Shown one piece after another: positions 1-12,470 of a DNA stretch of 64,000 bases. The translations under genes were made by a program, and so were the position numbers. Numbering within the stretch: the first letter of the stretch is position 1; each line of letters starts with the position of its first letter. The DNA lies in NCBI GenBank assembly GCA_050575255.1, contig JBNZDD010013730.1, positions 9,456,381-9,520,380 on the forward strand, read 5' to 3'. The DNA is from Harriotta raleighana (Eukaryota). Under the pieces are notes generated by a model. The model did no database searches. It was not told the origin of the DNA and saw nothing but the letters and a program-made list of their open reading frames with translations.

Positions 1-3000
1 TGTCTACATTGCTTTGACTTGAGGAAGTGTGAAGGTGAAAATAATATGAGAGAAAACCAAACAGAATATGACTTCTCCTTTTATCCCCTCCCCTGCCTCC
101 TCCAGCCATTTACTGCTACAGTGAACAGGACTAATGTCTGTCATAAGAGAGGAAGACAGATGAAGGAAGAACATCACTGTGCTAGACCTGATGTCTGAAA
201 CACGGGCAGCTCAGTCGGCATCACGTAGCAGAAGTCATTAGGAAAATGGAACATTAAGCAAGCGCTCTGTTTAACAGGAAATAAAAATGTTAAAGAGGAA
301 GAAGAGGTCTTCAAACATTTTCTAATGCCTGGTTTTGGTTTGAAAACCATGACATTTTCGAAGCAATATGTTCACTATGAATTTCTTTGTGATCGGCAAA
401 CAGGGAAAAGGTGCAATATAAAGTTCAATGATTATTATTATCTTTATTCCTTTGTTTTTTCCAAGTGAAACTCTGATATACTCTGCAACACAGGCTTCCA
501 GTAAACGGCACCAGCCGACTGGATCAGTTAGATTTCCACATACAAATTGCAACTGAGTACACAAAATATCTACCAAAAAGATGGATTCAATCCTTCTCCA
601 AGATCCATCCCATTTAGACTCAACTTCTTGTGTACACTTTCATATACTCTTTCAAGGCAGTATGCCTTCACCCAGGAGTTGACTGTCATTGTCTTTGCTA
701 GTAAAGATACAAATGATTACTCGTGGTTAACCACCGCCCTAAAATGTAAAAACAAAGTCATTGTTTCCACAATGATTAGTGTTTTGCAACACAGCTTAAC
801 CTGTCTTGTATATAAATGGAAGATTCATACGATAAAACATTTTCTTTGCTCCCTGCAATTGCTTTGTGCCTGAACATCTTGCAAACCCACAATGTACACA
901 TCATTGGCTCTTCATGCATTGATACTCAGCAAGTATAAAATACTGATATTAAATTTTCTTTTTCCTTCCCCATTTATTCTCCCACCATGGCTATACATTG
1001 CCACCCTTCCCCTTCCAATCAAGAGAGCAGCACAGTTTGGGTCACAAGCATCTCTGGAGTCTAACTCAATGGAGCTCTGTGATAAATCGTTGACAGAGCA
1101 CGTCGAAAGAGATTTGCTTTCCAATCTCTTTCCTTCCACCCTAGAATATTCCACCATGGCACTTTGCACTGCGCAATTTTGGTTCAACCACAACATTAAA
1201 ATACTTCCTAAAGGTGGAAAGCGATAGGCAGCAGCAAAAAGATGTCGAAAAGCAAAGGTATTCTAAAATCAACTCTGACTATATTTTTAAATTAAATTTC
1301 TGGGCCGTCTCGATGGGAGTAGTAGATAAGGATGCAATTTTTAGTTTGGGAGCTGGCTGATTCTAATCTGTGTTCTTCATTACTGTTGTTCAAATCTGGG
1401 CTGTATTGGGTTTGCTGTGCTGCCAGAGCTAAGATGGTAGGGGAAAGTGGCCCCAGTCTTCCCAATGGGAACCCATCTAGGGCTCCTGGTCTAGTCTATC
1501 TTCAGTACCCTCTACTGGTAAGTAGGATGCAAGGAGAGCTAATACCTTTTGCATGTCTTGCTGACATTCACTCCCAGTGACAAACGAACAATAATCCATC
1601 GGCTGGGATCCTGGAGGGCAACTGGTGTCCACAGACCCAAACCCTAGCATGAGAAAGCAGGGGACCAGCTGCAGAAACATGAGCCAATGGGGCGAACAAT
1701 AGAAAAGAACTAAGAACACATTAATACATTTGAAGGGAAAAATCAACTTCTGCACTTATCTTCTGATGTAGTGAATGGTATTTAAAGATACAGGTGAAAA
1801 TAATTGCCATCAGTTTTGACAGTGTCATCATAGAATACACATAACAAAATAATGCCCAACATCCTTATATGGAAGAGACACAAGTTAATGCAAAAAATAA
1901 TGAATACTAAAGGAACTGCTTCTTACAACACAAGGATGAGGTGGTTTCAGGCAAATTAGATTTGTTTCAGAGACAACAGGACTCTATCTGTTTCTAGACC
2001 AGGTTTGAGCCCATTGAGCCTATTCCACCATTTTATATCATGGTAGGTATTTTAATCCTAATGACCTCTCGTTCGCTAAATGCCTTTATACCTCCAACAT
2101 CTAAGTACTGTACTATATTTACCTTTCTTTTAGAATCCCTATTGATTCCACTTCTTCAGCTTTCTGAGGCAGAGCATTTCATTTCACCTTCTCTGTTTGG
2201 ATATGCTTCCTGACATTGGTTATTATTGTCTTTGCTCTGATTTTAAGGGAATGTCCCCTTGTAATGGGGCACAATCTAACAGGATGTAAACATGTTTAAA
2301 GATGCAACACATAGAGATTCTGTGAATGCAAGTAATCCACTTGAACCAGTTAATTCACTTTATACCAAATGAACCAGGTTGATATCCATTGCCAGGCTGA
2401 TACCCATTGCCAATGCGTTCAAAAGTACTGCGAGTCAATATCCCGAGAAAATTCAACAAAAACGTATTTTGGTTAATCAAATTCCATAATCTTGTGGGTT
2501 CTGAAGAATCCTGGCTGTTTCTTCAACTGCCTCCAAAACAAACATGTACACAAACCCCAATGGAGGGCTGCTGATGCCCTCAGTGTCATTCTCACACAGC
2601 TCTGAAGCAAATTTTCCAGTCTTTTGGACATTATGACAACATGGTTATAAATACTTAATGTCAAATACCAGATTGAAATACCAACGCTGTCATCAACTGA
2701 CTGAAAGTACAGAACCATCAGGGAATAGGCTGAGCAATGCCCTTTTTACTCCTTAACACCTTGCTTCGCTGAACTAATTATTGAATGCCTCTGTGATTAA
2801 ACAATGGATTAAATGAATCAAGTAAAAAGAATTACAGATACTAGAAATCTGAAAAAGCATAAGAATGCTGGAAAGGTCAATCGGCATTCAAAGAGAAAGC
2901 AACGTGAATCCTCTGAGTAAATGTCCCCGCAGGAATTAACTGAACATTGCAGAGGTGATATTCCATTCTATGATATTTTATTTTGGGGAGGATCCTGTAG

Positions 3001-3335
3001 CACTTCTCTCACATTGCTTGACAGAAATACAATAGAAGGCTGTTTGTACATTCCCTCTCACCTCTTGTTTCCTTTCCTTTCACAACGTTTCCCATCCCTC
3101 TCTTTTATTGATGCTACAAGATGCAGTTACTCCTTTGAATCTTTCCATTTTGTTCCTCCACTGCTACAAATATGCCAGGTCACATGCTCATTCTTTCTCC
3201 ACCCTTCAAACTTCACTGTACTGTACTGTACTGAAATCAAAGATTGTCTCTTAACTCAAGACTTTCAAGCTTTGGGACTTCTTGCCTCCAGTAATTGTCT
3301 ACAACTACAGGCTTTCAAAACCCAAGCTTGGCATT

Positions 3336-3670
3336 ACAACAACAATAACAACAACAACTTTGATTTATATAGCACCCTCCACGCCGGACAGTGTCTCAGA
3401 GCATTAAACAACCATTCCTTCTTGACCCATCTTGTTAACTCAGCAACAACAGCAAAAATACATTTATAGAGCGCCTTTCATGTCGTAAGGTGCTGAATAA
3501 TCAGGGGTCAGGACCCGAGCACAGGAGAGGGGCAAGGTAGGAGGGAGGGGATGAAGAGAGGTGGGAGGGCGGCAGAAGGCATGAGCGAAAAGGACGGTCT
3601 CGAGACTGGCCTTGACGGAGGCAAGGGAGGAAACGAGGTGAAGGGACTATGGGATGGAGTTCCAAAGTGT
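3336..3670 (-). mobile_element. L2 3' fragments (two different tails)
   Basis: (caa)n cttgatttatatagcacc and (caa)n...tacatttatagagcgcctttca; the body gagactggccttgacggaggcaaggg matches the 3' end of the 18.2-21.1 kb element. Confidence 0.8.
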
Positions 3671-4886
3671 ACCCCCAGCACTGTGGCCTGGGATTCTTCC
3701 TATTCCTTTCTTGTTAATCATATAAGCCAGGTAAGGATGGTCTCAGATAAGCCTGCCAGTGTTCATAATGGTAGGTTGCATGGTTTACACTAGCACTACA
3801 GCAGTCGCCAGGGCCCAGTAATCTTGACTCTTGGCTAAACTCTGACATTAGGTAAAAAGGAGTGAATCCCTCCTGGAGAGAATGCACACTGCATATCATA
3901 CATACTGGACAAGGAACTCTCAGTTGTTTGGTTTGTACATTCTTAATAAAAAAATTATAATAATCATTTGTGTATTTGATATAAGGCCTTATTATGTCAT
4001 TGAGACAACTCAAAGCACTTCAGGGGATATATTGTGAACTGGTGACTGTACTTAAACATGGGGAAGAATTTCCCAATGGGTTTTTTTTTAAAAACTACTG
4101 GGGAGCAAAGGATCCCAGATAGTTTTTGGTCAGATACCTGGCTGACCAAAAGAAAATTTGAGGATAATGTACATTAAATGGAAACTGTAAAACTACTAAC
4201 AATAATGGTTTGTGTTCCAGAATGCGGGTGCAGACTCCACTGCTTTCTACAGAAGGTGTTGGTGACTTGTACTAATGACTGTGCAAACAAAGCAAGTGGC
4301 TGCACAGCCCCAGATAAAATGGCTGTTGAAAATATGTGGGCGTCTTATTGTGTTGAATGTATTACAATAGTACACTCGACAGGTTTCACACCACTTGCAA
4401 ACTGCAATAGATGGGACCCAAAGTAGCATCAACCAACATATCGGGGAGGTCTGCATATGCTGTATTAATATCACCACTATGCTGTACCAGAATCCGTTGA
4501 TGTTTGACATGTCTGGTGGTGGGAGTGGGAGAGAAGGGTGTGTGGAGACATGGAGGACCAAAATATGAAAACAACTCCCATTTATGCATTTACCTTCTTA
4601 AGGATAAATCTGTTACATCTGACGAGTCAATAGTGTTCAGTATTTATTCTTAGTGGTAGAATAGCAAGTACAGTTAGTTGTAGCTTGTTATGCAGCTATT
4701 CCATCAAAACAGTTTAGAACTCCAATGGGTAGTAATTCCTCTTAAATAAATAAAAAGAATTTGTCCACTCAGTCCTGATTCCGACCACCAGCTTGGATCT
4801 GAAACACTGATTGTCCAGTCCATTGGGTTCACCTTCCGACATGAAAGACTCTAAACAAATGTGGTTTGTTGTTGTTTGTGGGACAA

Positions 4887-5494
4887 TTGCTCTGGAAATC
4901 CAAAGTGACTGCAGAAGGGAAGCTAGTTTTGTGCCTTTTCATCACATAGAACAAATCTATAATTCTCATTCAAGAGAGAACATTAAAATGGTTTAAGGAC
5001 ATGATTTTTTTAACCAACAAGTGTATTTAGTGTATAATCACACATTAAACACGTGATTTGGTGACAAATTATGGAAAAAATTAATCAAGACTGAATGGTT
5101 CACTGGTGCACTTTGTGGTTCAGTACCAGTGAAGCTGGAGGCAGAGAGTGTGATAAATGGGGCTTGGTGTGGCATTGGAAGGTTTATGATTTCAACATGT
5201 AAGAAATTTGATGCAAGGGAGATTCTTGGTAGTTAAGCAAAAGTCATGGGAATTACTGCACTTGGTATTAAAAGGTAAAACACAATCATAATGTTCCACC
5301 AATTACAAAAGATGCAAGAGTATTCTGATTTCAGTGACTGCGCCACACCCTTGTAGGATATTCACACCTAATATCCTCCAACTGTTCCTTGCACAAATTA
5401 TCATTAAAATCACTGAGTTTTGTTAATGGAGAAAAAAAGACCAGATCTCTTGCACTCGCCTCCCTTCTGCAGTCACTTTGGGTTTCCGGAGCAA
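4887..5494. repeat. 37-bp inverted repeat (4887-4923 / 5458-5494), 3 mismatches; MITE candidate
   Basis: ttgctctggaaatccaaagtgactgcagaagggaagc versus the reverse complement of the right arm, ttgctccggaaacccaaagtgactgcagaagggaggc. Confidence 0.85.
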
Positions 5495-8400
5495 AGAGAA
5501 ATGGTAAGTGACACGTGAGTTCCCTGAAATCAATAACCCATCCAAAAATTTACACGGTAAAAATGGATTGTGAACTGCACTTGATTATTTCAGTAATGGT
5601 CCCTTCCAGCAACATGCATAACACAAGATTAGAACATTGATTTGGATAAAGTCAGCCCATTTGATTTCATCATTCCAGAAAACCCACAATACCCTCCTCC
5701 CATTACCGACTGCACCAAGTCAGCTTCTTAAATGAGTCCAGTGACCTTGCCGCAACCATCCTTCCTGGCAATCAACAAGGAAGAGAAAGTCTATTAAGGA
5801 GCAACATTAAAGCAATGTAGCTTCAACACAGCTAAGAACTAAATGTAGACCCTGGTGTGTGTTATTTATTTATACAGTATTACATTTAGAATATTACAAT
5901 TCCTTGGGCTCTACAATACATTATAATGCTTTATTTTCTTACATTCTGCCATCTAAACACACACAGTATTTTTCTATATTTTGCATTTGAGCATGAAAAG
6001 GTATCGCTTGGCATAGTGACCTTGACAATGTGTCTGCAACACTATTTAAATGTGTTGAAGTAGTGTGTATACCTCTCCTGTCATGGAGGATCTCACGAGC
6101 GCTGAACAATGGCATGGTTTGATAACAAGCTGGAGAGAGAAAGGAGGTGACTATCGGGGCTGTCAAAGAGGAAGGTCTTCAGGTGTAATATATAAATGGG
6201 AAAAGATGGGGCCATGCAGAGAGATTGATCCAGGGAGTTCCAGAGATCCAATAGGAGTTTAATGCCATTGGTAGCAAATAATCATCAGAGCGACTGGACA
6301 AAGTGGGTTAAGGGCTTGGTTATCCCATTTCCTGCATCTAGGCACAGTTCCTAGTTATTAAGTTTCTGTTCAGTTAGCTCATTTTCACATTTTGTTTTCA
6401 GCAAACATGTAGAGATATGGGAAGTATAGAAATTCATAGGACCTGATATTTCCAGTAGATCGCAGAACACATGCTTTAAATCACATGGGACTGCTACGAA
6501 CAAGAGGAAGCGTAGTTATTGGTTCTCAGGCAGCCTCTAAATAGCATGCAAGCTGCACTGCACAGAGACTGAAAAACTAACACTGTGTATTCTCGTTACA
6601 AGTGCAGCTCCTATCACCTAATTGTGTGACACACCAAAACCAGTGGTGGAGCGAAGACTTCCTGTGGCCTAAACAGTTGCATCTTGCCAATGTAGCAGGC
6701 TGCATGGTTCTGACTAACATGTCCCTGGCATGCAAACAAGGTGGGCTAGGAACAGAAAATAAATAAAATTGAAGTAAAAGATTGTTACGCACAAAACACA
6801 TGAAGGTGAGGTTTAAAAATAATTAAAGAAAACAAGAACTATTTGAAAGAAGTAGAAAATTCAAGGAATTTAGTTAACTGGTAAAAATGCAACATACTTT
6901 TGTTTACTTATTTTATTCCTATTCAATTTTTTGGGGGAACAAAAACACCAAACAGATAAAATACTTTTACCTTACCAATCCCTCAATAGTTAGCTTGTCA
7001 GTGACATAAGACACATAAGCGGACATATCTTTATCTAAAATTCAAAAATGACAAAATTATTTTTAAAATTAGTTACTTCCCTTTTCTCAATCACAACGGA
7101 ACAGAAGAATTGCGAAAATACAGAAGTGACTCACTTTCTTCTGTGTAGACTTTTTAATCTTTGTGTCTCGCAGCAGAAGACACCGCTACCACACACTCCA
7201 GACAACTTACAAGAAATCATTTAAAAACAAGATTGTTGGTCTACCAAAAAGGCTTTACTCGAACACAGGTATTCTTGGCAGCAAATTTTAACCCCAAAAC
7301 AAAGTTTACATAAACGGCTCACAAAAAAATTCAAAAATGGTAGCTCAGCGTTCAAAAGCAACCTACTACAACAACACATTACATTTGCAAAGTGCTTTTC
7401 ACGTCACTAGGAGCTCAACTGAGTACAGTGTTCGCTGCAATAAACAAATCATTAAATTAAACTAATCCTATGTAAAGCGCATTAGTAAAGCTGAAATAAA
7501 GGCCACATCTTTGCGAAAAAGGCTCTGAACGCAAACTTCCTGGACACAAAATGGAATACAAAAGGAAGTTGCACCTCATCCAGTACAGTACTGCAGTGTG
7601 CTATAGCAGCAAGGCTGTAACAGGTGATATTTGGCCTTACTGAACAATTTTTAATAGCTAAACACATGACGTACTCAATCTGCCTTTCTTGCCTGTGCCC
7701 TTATTTAACCCGTTGCTTTAGAAGAACCTTTCATACTTCATGTTTAGAACTGTGGATTGCCAACAGAGCTTTTAATTTTAGAAACTGTGACTGTGTGAGG
7801 CTCAAAATGTCGTACCACATGCACCATCAGTTGTAGGCCAATTGGTTTTAAAGCATTATTGTGCACTCACAAATGTTGAGAGTGGTGGCAGGTTCCATCA
7901 CTTCTTGACTTCAACCCTGACCCAAACACAGGATATACAAAATTTTACATGAATTTTACCTTCATGTTCACATTGTATGATACCACTTCAGAGCACAGGG
8001 TATAAATATGATTTTTGTGAGCCTGTTCTGAAGAGTTCCTTTAATTAATCATGAAAGTTACAAAGGAATGATTATATTAAACTGTATGGTTGTCTTGCAG
8101 TAATTCAATAGAAAGGATTAGGAGACACCATACACTTGTCAATCTCAAGAGATTGTTTCTTAGTTGAACTCCAGGAGTGGATCAGCATTAGAAATCCTAT
8201 GAAGGGCATCCGATAAATTTGATAGACTTTAAAAAACATTATTTTGAGTGCTCCCTTCGATATAAGTTAATGATAGAGTAACGTAAGGCCTCAGAGCACA
8301 GTGTGGGTAATCTAAGGCACCATAATTTATATAATAACTAGTGATCCACAAGCAATATTAGCAGATTATGCAGTGATTCACAGCAGTCCATCCCATGGGT

Positions 8401-8540
8401 GAACTAAGTATTCTTAATGCACTAAGAGTATTCTCACTGTGTATTCTGCAACATAAATGTTAAGAATTAGTACATTACATACAGTAACTGTACAATGCTT
8501 GCGTTTGGAAACTGGAATTTCTGAATCAAGATAGACAAAG

Positions 8541-8824
8541 ACAGCAACAATAACAAAAACAACTTGGATTTACATAGTGCCCTTCAGGTGGGGCAGCAGG
8601 GAAGTGGGAGGGAGGGAAGGGGCAATGTGAATGGATTGAGGGAGAGAGTTCCAGAGTTTCTGAGGCATAGTGGCTGAAGGCATGGCCACTGTTGGTGATG
8701 TAGAGGGGACGAAGGATAAACAGGAGGCCAGAGCAAGCCAAGCAGAGGCAACAGGCAGCAGGTGGTGGAGTGTGGGGTGGATAGGTAGGGAGGTGCGAGG
8801 GCATGAAGGGATTTGAAGACAAGT
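8541..8824 (-). mobile_element. L2 3' fragment
   Basis: caacaataac...cttggatttacatagtgccc; gggagagagttccagagtttctgaggcatagtggctgaagg. Confidence 0.72.
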
Positions 8825-9157
8825 GGAGTCCTGTAGCTCAGTGGTTAGAGCACTCGCCTTACAAGGGTAAGACCTGTGTTCGAATCCAGGTAGGTCAGGG
8901 CGAAACCTTGGGCAAGTTTCCTTAATCCACACGCCTAATAATAATTCCTCCAAATAAAAAGCACAATAATAAAATTGGTCATTTCAATCCACAATTGTTT
9001 GGGACACTGCTGTGTGCAATTGGCTGCCATGATTTTGCCCACATATATACAATCAATTCATTTTACAGGTATATTCTGTGAAGCGCTTTGAGACGTCTAG
9101 AAGACATGAAAAGTGCTATATCAAATGCAAGGATTATTCTTCTTCTTATTATTATTA
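8825..9157 (+). mobile_element. Full-length tRNA-headed SINE (~320 bp family, L2-type tail)
   Basis: GGAGTCCTGTAGCTCAGTGGTTAGAGC (A box), GTTCGAATCC (B box), CCTTGGGCAAGTTTCC, GGGACACTGCTGTGTGCAATTGGCTG, tail GTGAAGCGCTTTGAG...AAATGCAAGG(ATT)n. More than 15 related copies or fragments occur in the window. Confidence 0.92.
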
Positions 9158-9289
9158 ATGAAAGACGAGTGAACACATAGATGTCATGAGCGACACCTTT
9201 TAAATTCAAACAGGATTCCTGAATTAAGGAATCTTTATGATGATTCCTTCAAGAACAGACATACGTTACTCCATCTGTGGAACTCTTCT

Positions 9290-9710
9290 TTCAATTTGTT
9301 CCACTATATTGCTTGCTTTCGCTACTGCCCGTCCGCCTGAGACCCTCTTACTGACTTTCATCAGATCCAGGCTTGATTGCGCTATTGCTCTGCTTGCCAG
9401 ACTCTCAAGCTGCCGAAAATCCAGGACTCTGCAGTCTGTATCCTCTCCCACAGCAGGTTCTGAGAGCCTATCACCCTGGAGATTTAACTTTACCCAACTC
9501 AACTACTCCCTCGCTCAGTGAACACTGGTCCACTGGCCCACTTCATGGCCCTGCCCTATCTGCCCCACCATAATAGGTGGGCTTTCAGCCATTCTGCATT
9601 GCTCTCTGGGATTCCAACTTTGACCCTCTCCCTCCCTCCCTTTATTCAAGGCCAGTCTCAGGACTTACTTCTTTGACCACGTTTTATCTCCACACCCAGC
9701 TCAGGTGCCC
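9290..9710 (+). mobile_element. L2 3' fragment
   Basis: ETLLLTFIRSRLDCAIALLARL is the L2 C-terminal SRLDY motif; tgccccaccataataggtgggctttcagcc. Confidence 0.75.
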
Positions 9711-12154
9711 AGCCCACAGTATCAAGCATCAGAAATTAGAGCCCAAGCTAAATTTATGACAAAATACTGAAGAGAGATAGCAAAAGAAAGCTGCCAACAT
9801 TGGTGTGCAGCTGATATTAAATAATACGTGGAGATAAATTTCACTTGGCATTCTTTGAACAGATACTGTAACATCTACTTTGTTATTACCCTGTATTCAC
9901 ATGCATAGACACGTGGGAATTAAAAAGTCAGAAGGCCATGGCCTTCGTTTACACCAATTTAGCCGTTTCTCCCTTAATTTCTTAACTTATGTTCGCGCAT
10001 CTTTCTGGAGTAAGGTTATTCAACTGTGGGGGAAGAAGACTGAGTAATCTGTTATTGAGCCTAAACGATTCCTGAGGGAGATCCATAATATTTTCAGCTT
10101 ATTTGGGTATGTGTCTAAAATATTAATATTCGCACAGTTCACTGGATTATCAATATCATTGATTTGATATTCAATGGTGCATTCTTATTAATTCCTGACA
10201 CCAGCAGCAAAACACAAACACTTTCGGGATTACGAACATGAATATGTTGTATGAACTAAAAGTATTCAGTGATATCTGATATCATATTGCACAGAGCTCA
10301 AATACGAACAAGAATAGTTTAGTAAAATACAACCCACATTATGTGTAATGAACAACAGGAATTCATATGTATGGTACCCTCTGCTATATGGCAACCAGGC
10401 AGCATAGCGCTTACCCAACACAAACGGTAAATCTTTGTTTTGGAGGACTAAAGATAAGGTCTACAATTCCAAGGCTCATTGAAAAAGTATAGAGGTTAGC
10501 CTTCATCAGAACTTTGGATTCCTTGGTGTTATCTGATTTCTCAAACATATCTCCCGGACCTAGTTCAGCTCCAGTGAGATCTTAATTGCTTCTATTGTTT
10601 CCTTTTTGAAGATATCGTGACCAAGTTTAAGTTTAATGACCTCAAAGAGAACAAAGGGTTTAGTGAATTTATTAGTTTACAGATGCAGAATCTCTGGTCA
10701 CACATTTGGTGCTCAACCAACTCAGCTACCTGCAACATGTTACATTAGAATGAAACTTAATAATTTAAATCACCTGCATCAATGAGCTGCTCATCCTATT
10801 TAACTTAATCTCTTGCTAATGGATATGTGTATATTAGTGTAGTAGAACTCTTGTAATAGAACAGTCGGGTTTTAGGGTGTGCCAAGGACTTCTTCCGTTT
10901 CTTAAGATCAGAAATGTATACATTTCAAATGCTCTTCTTCCTCTCATAAGAAGCCAGTGAAATGTGTTAGAGATTGTGAGAGTGCACCCTAAAGTACAAT
11001 TCAACCAAAAAGAACAAACAGCCTTACCTGGAATAATCTTTTTTTTACAAATAAAATCATCAATATCGCAAATTCAAAGAAGTTAGCTGGCTGTTTACCA
11101 GAATAATCAAACCAAGACAAAAGAGAGTTTCAGATAACATCAGAAAAAAAATGGCAGGTACAAAAGAATCAAACAATAACTGGGATTTTCCATTTGCTGC
11201 ATCTGTTCAGAATACCTATCATTTAATCCTTGGTGGCGTATCCCCAAAATAAGAGATGAGCAGTTATGGAAACTTGTGTGGAGGATAAAATACCAGCACA
11301 GTTGCAATTCCTAGTTGCTGGTCCTATGCAATTCTATTTAACAAATTTATGAAACAGTTTGTTTCCAATAATCAATATTTCTGATTGCAGCCCAACATTT
11401 TGACAACTTTAGATGTCAAAAGAAAACATAACTTGCTAAGAGTGGAAATAAAAATATTCACTGAAAAATAAACACGTAAAGATTTAACACCATCAAAAAT
11501 CATGTATTCCAAAATTCCAACATGAAACATTATGCTTTTGGGAACGAGGATAACTTAAAGGTCATAGTAAATTAATTCAACCTTCCGTGAAATCAAGACT
11601 TTGGCTTAGGTTTTGCACTAAGAAGCTTCAAACATTCTATATTTCATAAATAAAAACAATTATAAGTAAAAATATCAAACATTCAATAAATATTTAAACT
11701 TCCATGTTAGTTGGAAAATATAGAAAAGCCAATAAATCCACAGAACATTATGATTCATGATTCGAATTTTGTTTAAAAACTCCAAAAAGTTATTGAACTT
11801 AAAAGTCTAAATTCATGTCACGGTTGCATCTATACTGTACATCTAAACTAAACACACCAAGAGTTACTAAGATAACATTTCCTATAGCAAAGTATTTTTT
11901 TCATATCAGATGGAGCACTGTGAGAAAACACAGTGTATCAAGGAAGCTATCTCACAGATAGATGCACAGATAAGCTTTTCCTATCTATTTTCTAAAAAAA
12001 AGTTAAAAAACGATTTTGCTACCAAGTACAGTACCAAATAAAAATTGTCCTATGGCAGAATTCCGTTTCAGCCGTTTAGGATAATTTGTTTCAGGATTAA
12101 CAGAATTCTGCCTAGGACAAATTTGATGAAATGATTGAAAACACAATTGAGCTT

Positions 12155-12222
12155 TTATATATTATAAATATATATATATATAAATACACACACATATATA
12201 CATATATATATATATATAGATA
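12155..12222. repeat. (TA)n/(CA)n microsatellite (others at ~24021-24049, 32951-32972, 36900-36917, 38183-38215)
   Basis: Read directly from the sequence. Confidence 0.9.
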
Positions 12223-12354
12223 TAATCAATCCCCCCTCCCAAAAAAATGATGAACCATTTATTCTGACATTACATTACAAAACATGACCAATAATCGTTA
12301 GCCATCTGTTGAAAGGTAACTTTAAGAAAAGTGAAGGGACATGAATTTCTTTAC

Positions 12355-12418
12355 CTGTATTTGCACCCAATAGCACAGTGGCAAGAGCCAAGTATTTCAG
12401 GCAGAAAAACTTGCCCAT
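12355..12418 (-). CDS. PTPRC: PTPRC/CD45 first coding exon (signal peptide), MGKFFCLKYLALATVLLGANT + phase-1 intron
   Basis: Minus strand reads aaagaATGGGCAAG...GCAAATACAG|GTAAAG: strong Kozak context, 21 codons + 1 nt, GT donor at 12354. The hydrophobic peptide resembles the CD45 leader (human MYLWLKLLAFGFAFLDT), which is also followed by a phase-1 long intron. It lies divergent from ATP6V1G3, as in mammals. No further coding exons were identified in the window. Confidence 0.88.
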
Positions 12419-12470
12419 TCTTTCTAACTCTGGCGATGATCGGGAGTGGTTGGATGAAACACCATGCGTC
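12419..12470 (-). other. PTPRC: 5'UTR part of PTPRC exon 2, with splice acceptor
   Basis: Minus strand: T-rich tract (tatttttttttgacag) then GACGCATGGTGTTTC...; the acceptor CAG is at 12471-12473. Confidence 0.8.
12424..12465 (-). CDS. Upstream ORF in PTPRC 5'UTR, MVFHPTTPDHRQS*
   Basis: ATG GTG TTT CAT CCA ACC ACT CCC GAT CAT CGC CAG AGT TAG, then AAAGA, then the main ATG. Out of frame with the CDS. Translation is not shown. Confidence 0.55.
   Translation of the reverse strand: MVFHPTTPDHRQS

Larger units (their letters stand above)
1..12354 (-). other. PTPRC: PTPRC intron following the signal-peptide exon (continues past the window edge unless a small exon was missed)
   Basis: GT donor at 12354; no convincing Ser/Thr-rich exon found; the equivalent mammalian intron is very long. 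Confidence 0.6.

Noticed and set aside
2921-3469. 182-aa ORF
   Set aside because: No recognisable domain; it runs through repeat relics and a (CAA)n LINE tail that produces the poly-Asn.
4386-4589. Minus-strand ORF with TPFSPTPTT as a possible mucin-like CD45 exon
   Set aside because: No convincing splice sites in phase 1; the composition is explained by a short purine-rich tract.
11022-11090. Strong minus-strand donor CAG|GTAAGG at 11028 as a possible PTPRC exon 3
   Set aside because: No good acceptor nearby, and the upstream frame does not encode a Ser/Thr/Pro-rich CD45-like peptide.
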